Part shown: in pieces, positions 53,660-64,000 of the stretch
How positions within the stretch are numbered: position 1 is the first letter of the stretch
Layout of the letters: each line of letters begins with the position of its first letter
Assembly: GCF_009914755.1 (NCBI RefSeq)
Contig: NC_060928.1
Length of the DNA stretch: 64,000 nt
Strand: one strand, 5' to 3'
Source of the DNA: the human T2T-CHM13v2.0 reference genome, Homo sapiens
Notes under the pieces: generated by a model
What the model was told of the DNA's origin: nothing
The model's input: only the letters and a program-made list of their open reading frames with translations
The model's database searches: none
Program-made: the position numbers and the translations under genes

Positions 53660-54300
53660 TTGGTAGGCAGAATTCTAAGATGACACGTGACTCCAGCCCT
53701 TAATTTTTATTTACTGGGAAGATGATAGGGCATCACTGCTGTGATTATCAGTTGGCAAAAAGGATTTTGCAGATGTAATTAAGGCTACTAATAAGTTGAC
53801 TTTCAGTTAATCAAAAAGGAAATAATGTGGGTAGGCCTCACATGAGCCCTTTAAAAGCAGAAAGAATGTTTTTTCCCTAGTTGGTAGCAAAAGAAGAAAT
53901 CAGAGATATTTAAAGCATGAGAGGGCTTCAATGTGAAGGATGTTCCCCACTGCTGAGATGGATGGGCCATAGGCCATGAACCTGTGAGTAGCCCTAGAAG
54001 CTCAGAGTGGTCCCTCGTCACAACAGCTAGCAAGGTAAAAGGAGCCTTGAATCCTGCTACTGGAAGGAGGTAAATTCTGTGAACCTGAGTAAGTCTGGAA
54101 GTGGATTATTCACACAGAGACATTAGATAAGAGCCCAGATTCATTGATACCTTGATTTTGGCCTTGTAAGACCCTAATCAGGGAACCCAGTTGAGCCCAT
54201 CTGGACTTCTGATCTCTAGAACTGTGAAATGATTAATGGATATTGTTTTAAGCTCCTAAGTTTGTGTTAATTTTTTATGCTACAATAGAAAATTAATATA
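53660..54300. mobile_element. MaLR LTR (MLT1E-like)
   Basis: tggtaggcagaattctaagatg...ttttgcagatgtaattaagg...gttttaagctcctaagtttgtg...aatagaaaattaata. Confidence 0.8.
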
Positions 54301-54319
54301 ATATTAAAACTTTAATAAG

Positions 54320-55605
<1,286 letters not shown>

Positions 55606-55861
55606 GCTTTTTTAGAGAAGGACTATAAACTGTTGGCAATACCTTTTCCACCCTGGGATTTAAAAAAGAAAAATTGCCCAAGGTCATATAGCTAGTGAGT
55701 GAAAAGACTTAGAGCAGAAAATATTTAAGGATAATTTAATAATTAATGTTTTATTAGAATTAGATCTTTTATTAGACTAAATATAGAAAGGGGAAAAAGG
55801 AGATGTGAGACTAGTTCATAAATAATTTTGACATTTACAATTCCTCGGTTTTTTTGAACAG

Positions 55862-55982
55862 TTTGCCGGGAGGACTCATATCACTCTGTCGTCTCATGTG
55901 CCGCAGTAGTTCTTACTCCTATGGAACCAATGATAGAAATGAAGAAAAGAGAAGAACCAGAATTTCCTGAGCCTTCCAAACA
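55862..55982 (+). CDS. CCSER1: Internal coding exon of coiled-coil serine-rich protein 1 (CCSER1/FAM190A), probably exon 5; 121 bp, enters phase 1, exits phase 2
   Basis: Acceptor ttcctcggtttttttgaacAG (AG 55860-55861) and donor CA|GTGAGT (GT 55983-55984). Open frame (tt)CREDSYHSVVSCAAVVLTPMEPMIEMKKREEPEFPEPSK(ca). The peptide is recognised from memory as CCSER1; the exon number is recalled, not verified. Confidence 0.88.
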
Positions 55983-57149
55983 GTGAGTTGTTCATTTAAT
56001 TTTTCAAGGCCTTGTAAAATCAATTAGATAACTGATAAGAAAATGTGATTTATAATAAATGTGTTAATATTAGTATAAAGAAAGAAGAAATAAATTTTAT
56101 GGGTTAAAAAATCATCTATTCTATATTATCTTAATGAATTAACTTCTGTGTCTCCTAACTTCATGTCTTTGAACCATGTGTCATTCAAGTTTCATTTTGT
56201 TACCTTATCTTAAGGACATGGGCAAGTAGGCTGATGTACTTTATTTCCCTACTCTGTGATTGTGGGTACACTGTTCTTGGATTGCTTACTATATAAGCTG
56301 TAGGCTTTAATGATATAAAATGAAATCAGTTTTTAATATAAAGTTTTTAAAGTTGGTTTGCATTTTTATAAGGAATGTAAGTTATTATTTTAAAATATTT
56401 TTACTAAATTAGAACAAATTTGAACTTTATACTATTTTAGTGTTTTCATATTTTTTCCATTTAAACAGTTCAAGCTTTAATTTAAATTAAAATTTGATCT
56501 TCTATTATATAAATGATAAACTTGTACTCTTATAATGACTAAAGAGGCTTAAGTTCATGATGATAAATGTAAGCTTATGTAGATGTCAAATATTAAATAA
56601 ATGGGGATTATTTCTGCTTATATATTAAATACATGAAAAGGAAAAAACCTGCTGAGTATTTTTCAGTGAGAAATAGTATCATGCCTCCTTTAAGGTTTCT
56701 GGTTAGTGATTAGGTGATATAAGGGGCTGCCAAGGATTTTGGGCTGACCACCGTAGGAGTAAGGCGGAAGATATATCTTGATGTACCTACCATTTTTCTC
56801 CATTGGATTACACTGTGTTATAGTTATTTGCTTCTTGTATGTCTTTTTACTAGATAATAAGCTCTTAAGGCATAATTGTGCTTGATACTGTTTGTGAATA
56901 GGGCAATGTATATATTTGATTGCATGAAGATATTCAGTATTAATATTCTTATTATAGAGGGAAGAAACACTGACCAATTTAGAAAATAATGATTTTAATT
57001 CAGTTTTAATACAATCTAAAAGTCAGTTAATTTAACTGCTCTTCATATAGTCTTAATTTTTAAGTTCCAAAAGCCATTTTTGTCTAATAGATAATTGCAT
57101 CATGTTTGCCAATTGAATTATATTAGAAAGCTCAAATGTGTTTTCCTGC

Positions 57150-57152
<3 letters not shown>

Positions 57153-57195
<43 letters not shown>
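57153..57195. repeat. (CA)~21 microsatellite
   Basis: Read directly. Confidence 0.95.
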
Positions 57196-57196
<1 letters not shown>

Positions 57197-57449
57197 TTCC
57201 TTATCTTTTATTTAGGGTGATATCACCACTCTCTTTGTTAGTATTATGTGAAATGATATTGAGAAAGGACCTGAAATCTAATAATCCATAAAGTTCTAGT
57301 TATGTTGACCATTCTATAGCTTCAGCTATCAACATTATGGGTGACTTATGGTTATATATTCTTTTCATGAAGGCTCTTCTGAATGCAAATGTAATATTTA
57401 AAGTTGTTCATCAGACTTGTCTAACTAGGCATCCTACCGAAGTGTCATG

Positions 57450-57672
57450 CAGGTTGAATGTCCCTTATTCAAAATGCTTGGGAGCAGAAGTGTTTCAGAT
57501 TTCAGATGTTTTCAGATTTTGCAATATTTGTATTATATTAGTTGAGCATCCTAAATCCAAAAATATGAAATTTGAAATGGAACATGAGCATTTTCTTTGA
57601 TTGTCAAGTTAACACTCAAAAAGTTTCAGATTTTAGAACATTGGGATTTTCAGGTTTGGGATCTTCAGTCTG
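57450..57672. mobile_element. Tigger4a (MER46/Zombi) MITE
   Basis: caggttgaatgtcccttattcaaaatgcttggg...gggatcttcagtctg. Confidence 0.8.
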
Positions 57673-58914
57673 TTGTAAATATGTCTGAAGACAAATTAAT
57701 AATCTCCTCTAAGTACTCCGTAAATTCTCAAGTTGTTCCATATTTAAGTAAAGCTACCATCATTTTTCTTTTTTTAAAATCTTGGTATGTTTTCTTCCTC
57801 ACATCTCATATTCAATCAGTTATCAATTACTTGATTAATGTCTCCATTATATTTTCTTATTTCAGCAGACCTGGAAGGTATATATATCCCATATTTTAAA
57901 TATCTCCTAAAATATATCTTCAGTTGTAATCTTAATGATGCCATCTATCAAATGGAAATTGTTTATGTCCTACATACCCAACACTGTTATTTTGAGAATT
58001 AAAAGATAGGTGTGAACATATGGCAAGAACAGAGTATAAATGCAAGCACAGTGATTAACTCAAAACTCTTGTTTGCCAGTGACAGAAGCCAAATGCTAAC
58101 TGGTTTCAGAAAAAAAGAATCAAGAGTGCTGGTGGTTATTGGCTCATGTAATTTATAAAGTACAAAGGTAGCAATTTCTTCAAGTACAGTTTTGGTTCTC
58201 AAATGATATCATCAAGGGTCATTCTCTCTATCTACATGTTTTTTGCTTGACTCTTCTGTCTGGGCTTTTCATTTTCTGGGAGGTTCCTCTAGTGGTGATA
58301 TTACTGCCTTCAGCAGCCACTGGGATTGATTTTCATTTTCTCCACAAATCCAGTGGAAGGAGATAATTTCTCATTCCTTTTAATCAAAGCAAAAAAAAAA
58401 AAAAAAAAACAAAACACCCAGATTTGAGTGTCATTGGATTGGCTTTGACTAGCTTGCCTTGTTTGACATGGCAATTCTGAAACAATCACTATATCCAAAA
58501 GTATTTGGTGGCGATTGACTAGATAATTTGTTGATGTTGCATGACAAGCCCTGGAACACAGAATGAAATTTAGAGGGGAAAGGTGATTCCACAATTGACA
58601 TATTGGTGATATTGATAAAAGAAGGCAGAGATAGATGAGGTGTCAAAATAATGAATGTTCCATATAGGTAATAATATTATTATCACCATTAATTTTAAAA
58701 GTCAGAATTCTTTATTATATTTAAATCATAAACATTGATATACTGAAATATAATGCATGTATCTTTATTTCTTATTTTAAATGATTTTTTACCTACTTAA
58801 TTTTATTTTATGTTATTTGTTCTGGGTGTGCTATTGAGAGGCAGTATAACACAGTGGTTAGGAATCCAGGCATTGGGCAGATTCTTTCCCCCCAACCCCC
58901 ACCAATTTTCTTAA

Positions 58915-59087
58915 CCCCTGGGCACTGTGGCTTGCACCTATACTCCCAGATACTCACAAGGCTGAGGGGAAAGGATCATTTGAACCCAGGATTTTGAGGC
59001 TGCAGAGAGCTATGACCATGCCACTGCCTTACTCCAGCTTGGGTGACAAAGCAAGACTGTCTCTAAAAGAAATAATAAATAAATAAA
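58915..59087 (+). mobile_element. Alu monomer (AluJ/FRAM-like) inserted in a MIR relic
   Basis: gatcatttgaacccaggattttgaggctgcagagagctatg; flanks gaggcagtataacacagtggttagg and cttaaccttagttt. Confidence 0.75.
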
Positions 59088-59321
59088 GCTTCTTAACCTT
59101 AGTTTATTTGTTTCTTTTTAATATGGGAGATACTTTACCTCATAATGCAATGCCTAAAACATAATAGAGATGCAAGAACATATAAATTTTGTAATTTTTT
59201 TGCAACAAATATATTTGTTAAATAGCCACATCAACTGTTTATAAATGGTGTTACTAATGCCCTTATGATATCAGTTTTGTGTATTTTGGATTTCCCATAA
59301 GAAAAAAAAAATACTAGATAG

Positions 59322-59615
<294 letters not shown>

Positions 59616-60414
59616 ATAGTAGACATAAAATAATCACCCGCCAATATAATACTAATGCTGAAAGTTGAGACACTGTCTTTGGATAACAAATATTTCTTTT
59701 TAATTTTGGATGGAATTACTTCTTTAAGTAAATTTTCCCCTTGAATTTTACAGTCTTCACATATAAATTCATAAATCATTGAGTCTTTGAAATATAGGAT
59801 TCATAGAGTCATCTGATTCAGAACCCAGTAAATTCATTGCTAAGAATAACTGAAATAGTCATCTCAGAATATGTAAGATTGTACATAAGAAAGAATATGT
59901 AATATATAATTACATCACTTTAGAAGGTAAGAAACATTTTATGACTGAGATATTTGTATTATCTAACCAATGTTTAGTTATATTCTGATGATAAATATTT
60001 TACTTTTGACTTTTTTTATTAAATATTCTCATGTATTTATTAGTTTTTAGACATTTGATAAGGAGAAACAAGAATTAGGAACTCCTACTAGGAATGAAGT
60101 ATAAATTTTTCAGCATAGCAGGTGATAGGGAGAAACTAACTAAATCGTTAAGAAGGAAAGCTACATTGCTCATTACAGTGGCGGAGGACCAGAGCTTTCC
60201 ACTTCCTGCAATATCTAAAATTCATCTTAATTCAGAAAACAAAGGTGGGGATTTTACTTCACTTCTGAGTTTAGTTTGGTATGTAACTCAGAATACCATA
60301 GAAAGGATAAACTTTTTAAAAAATAGAATAATCTATGTAATCCAAAAAGAGTGTACAATTTTCAAATATTTAATCATAAGCATAGAATGCTGGGGTCAAA
60401 GCTTTGAGAGTGAC

Positions 60415-60652
60415 TGTTCACAATAGCAGAGTCATGAAATCAACCTAAGTGCCCTCAACAGATGGTTGGATAAAGAAAATGTGGTATATATACACCATAA
60501 AAAAGAGTGAAATCATGTCTTTTCAGCAACGTGGATGGAGCTGGAGGTCATTATCCTAAGTGAAATAACTCAGAAAATCAAATACCACATATCCATACGT
60601 AATAATTGGGAGCTAAATAATGGGCACACATGGACATACAGAGGGGAATTAT
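60415..60652 (+). mobile_element. L1PB/L1MA-like 3' fragment
   Basis: ttcacaatagc...aatcaacctaagtgcc...gataaagaaaatgtggtatatatacacca...ggatggagctggaggtcattatcctaagtgaa. Confidence 0.8.
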
Positions 60653-61503
60653 AAATTTATAAAAATCCTACTGTTAAAAGTATAACCAAGTATCCAGCTA
60701 CACTCAGCATGTTCCTCAAAACTCTACATTTCTCAAGTCAGTTCTATGTAAATGAGCATTTCATGAAATGTACATAGAACTCAAACTCTGAAGAGAATGA
60801 AAGAATAACCATGATTGGCTTTGGATTATATTTTGTATTAATACTTTTTTAGAAATGTGCTTGTTGAAATGCAAATATTCTGTACATACCATAACTCAAT
60901 GTCTGAATGAAGGGATTTTTGTGACCATTGTAAAGTTAGAAATGCAGAGGTAAAAGAAAAATTATTCTATTACTTCTTTGTCCATTTCCACATTTTTATA
61001 TTATTTTATATAAATAAATCTAACCTTAGGAATAGATTTGATTTATTGTTTACTCTTGCATAGATGAAGCATTACTTAAACATATTGTCATTCTCTCCAA
61101 GTTTCAATACCTCTTTGTAATGCTTCAGTTTCTTGTCATGAAGTAGGTTCTGTAAGCTCCTTCTGAAAGGTAACAGACATTATCATTTAGTACAAACGTC
61201 TCATTTTTAAAGAATTGCTAACACTAACCTATTTTATTCTTAGAGGGTACTTAACACACAGGCTTAAAGTTTTGTCAGCTCTGTTTGTTTATTTATCTGA
61301 ATGAATAGTATATGTTAGATTTGGAACAGTTAAGTACTCTCTCTAAGGTCACCTCTTTAGACTCTCTAAAGTTGTTACACAAACTCTGTGGTTATATTGG
61401 AGACATATCAAAGAATAATATTACTAGCTGATCTCCAATTTTCCTTTAACAATCTTCAGGAGAACATATTTATTTATGCTTTTAGGCAGATATTTATTTG
61501 TTA

Positions 61504-61902
<399 letters not shown>

Positions 61903-63646
61903 CTAACATCCACAGGCTATTAGTTAACTAACTGAAAAAACAAAATAGCTTCTTAAAGTGTTCTGTGATGGATGGGAGTGTGGAGAAATTGAAGGAAGGC
62001 TCGTGGGAGGAAAAGGAAGCCAAATCATGTTAGCAGGGCCAAGTGACATGGTTAGATTTGCCTTTTGAAAACTTTCTCTTTGTTTGTTATAGAGAACGAA
62101 TTAGATGTGGTTGGGGTAATGGTGAAATGGAGCCGACTTGGGAGAGCCAATTTGATAGCAGTTCTCCCCAGCTCTAGATTCAGTGATTTCACAGTGAAAG
62201 TTTGAAATCAGCCATGGTGGGTGTATTTACATCATAGCATTGGGAAATTCTATAAATGAGGACTTTCCTCCTCCCCTGGAGAGCTAGTTAAATATTTATC
62301 AGCACATTAGTAAATGGAGGATAGACTGAGTGGCTACAGTGAGAACATTTAGGTGATTGCTGATAGTAGCTTGCACTAGGTTGCTGGCATTGGGAGTGGA
62401 GAAATGTGAAAAGAGAACTGTGTCAATATGTATTTATGAACCTTGGCAAGTTAAATATAGTTATTAAACTAATAACTTATAATACATTACTAAGTATTTG
62501 CAATAAGGATGAAAATGAGAAATTATCTTTATTACTAATTGTAATTATGTTAAATATATAATATTGTGGAAATCCTAACATGTTATCTTGAATTAGTAAT
62601 AGTTTAATGAATGGAGAGTCATGATATTCTTTTAATTTATGTTGAGTATTATATCAGTTGAACTATAAGTGTAACATGCACACACACACACACATAAATG
62701 CACTTTGCATAAAATTCCTGTCTGAATCATTGTCATTGATTTTCACTGAAAATGTCCACAATATAAGTAAATTCCACTTAGGTTCTTATGTAAATTCTTA
62801 TGATTCTTTACTAACAATTTTCCTTCATTTACCCTCCATCACTTCGTGCCTTCAAATTCTTCCATTTAAAAAATTCAATACTGAGGCATGGCTAGGATAA
62901 ATATCAGGATAATACTATGATTAGGAAACAGCCTTCTTCCTCATGCAGGCATTCAAAAGAAACGGCTAGTGTTTCATGATTTTGGTCAATTCAAGGGTGG
63001 AAGCAGCATCTGAGGAGATCAGTGAGGAGATAAGATTTCCATGGTGAAAGCTGTTGCCTAAATATAGGTCTCTTCCACAGCTTTTGGAGGAAGTTAGGGA
63101 TGGGAGGAGAAACTTTCTAACCTCAAGTCTATAGTGGATTTTCAGAAGAATCATTCAGTGCTTCAAATGTGTTCTCTGCAGTTGGAAGCACAAGGGACAG
63201 ATGTGGATTCATGCCTGAGAAACTTAAGCAGACTGCCCAGAAAACCTCGAGGGTGAAAAATCGCTGGCCAGCTGTGAAAGCAGCACCATCTAGGACTCTA
63301 GAGTTAGTCAGGGAGGCTGTAGTGTTTTTGTGAATTATCTGGAGGATGAGGATACCCCCATAAAGAGGGGCAAAGGACTCTCATGCACCCATGACTAGGG
63401 AACTACAGAATACTGGCCCAGAAGGAGACCTTTGAAAAGATCACTTGTGGGCCAATTTGCTAGTCTCTAAAGCCAATTAAATCTCCTTAAAGCTCCTCTG
63501 ACCGAGTACCACTACCCGCTACCTTTCACCCTGGTAGCAGGAATGCATTAGCTGTACCACTGAGGAAGTTTAATCTTCAGGGGTCAGCTTTACAATGGGC
63601 CCCACATAAAGCCCTAGAAGCAATCCTGGAAATTTTTCCTTCTTTT

Positions 63647-63649
<3 letters not shown>

Positions 63650-63684
<35 letters not shown>

Positions 63685-63708
63685 TGTGTGTGGGTGTGTG
63701 TGTATGTG
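63650..63708. repeat. Imperfect (TG)n microsatellite
   Basis: Read directly. Confidence 0.93.
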
Positions 63709-64000
63709 TTTTGAGATCCCTCCAGATTTCATAAACTTCAGGGCTCACATAACCTGGATTTATCCCTTTGTACCATCGCCTTTAGATCTGGGCACTCAGG
63801 ATTCTTGCCTTAGGCCCTGCATGTGAGAGAACTGTGTCACATCCCTTCTCCAGCTGCTCCGCCTTACATAAGATGCATTTCCTGAAAGCCAACAGCTCCC
63901 ACCACTAGGAGACTATGCCTTCACCACTCACTCTGTCCAGAAATCGCTGCTCAAATGGCCCTAGGTCCTACCCTCTGGAGGACCACATAACGCACAACCC

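Noticed and set aside
62960-64000. More GC-rich terminal kilobase as a promoter or exon
   Set aside because: There is no CpG island and no convincing splice-bounded ORF. It is probably old LTR or DNA-transposon relic that I cannot name.

Overview
This is human-type, AT-rich, repeat-dense intronic DNA. I can support one host coding exon, 55862-55982 on the + strand (121 bp, ...CREDSYHSVVSCAAVVLTPMEPMIEMKKREEPEFPEPSK...). From memory I recognise it as an internal exon (probably exon 5) of CCSER1/FAM190A on 4q22, in the FRA4F fragile region. The rest is intron. It holds a decayed ~9.6 kb antisense ERV1 provirus (MER52-type LTRs, tRNA-Pro PBS, gag-pro-pol relics, no env, truncated 3' LTR), about 20 Alus (including very young AluYa5 and AluYg6 copies facing each other), L1/L2/MIR/MaLR relics, Tigger/Charlie transposon relics and microsatellites. 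I see no intact novel coding system. The least explained signal is a set of locally copied non-TE sequences: an 81-bp near-perfect inverted duplication 1.65 kb apart, a ~110-bp direct duplication 2.5 kb apart, a 41-bp duplication around a clipped LTR, several perfect hairpins and short tandem duplications. These look like replication-repair scars. Repeat subfamily names come from recalled consensus sequences, and boundaries of old elements are approximate.
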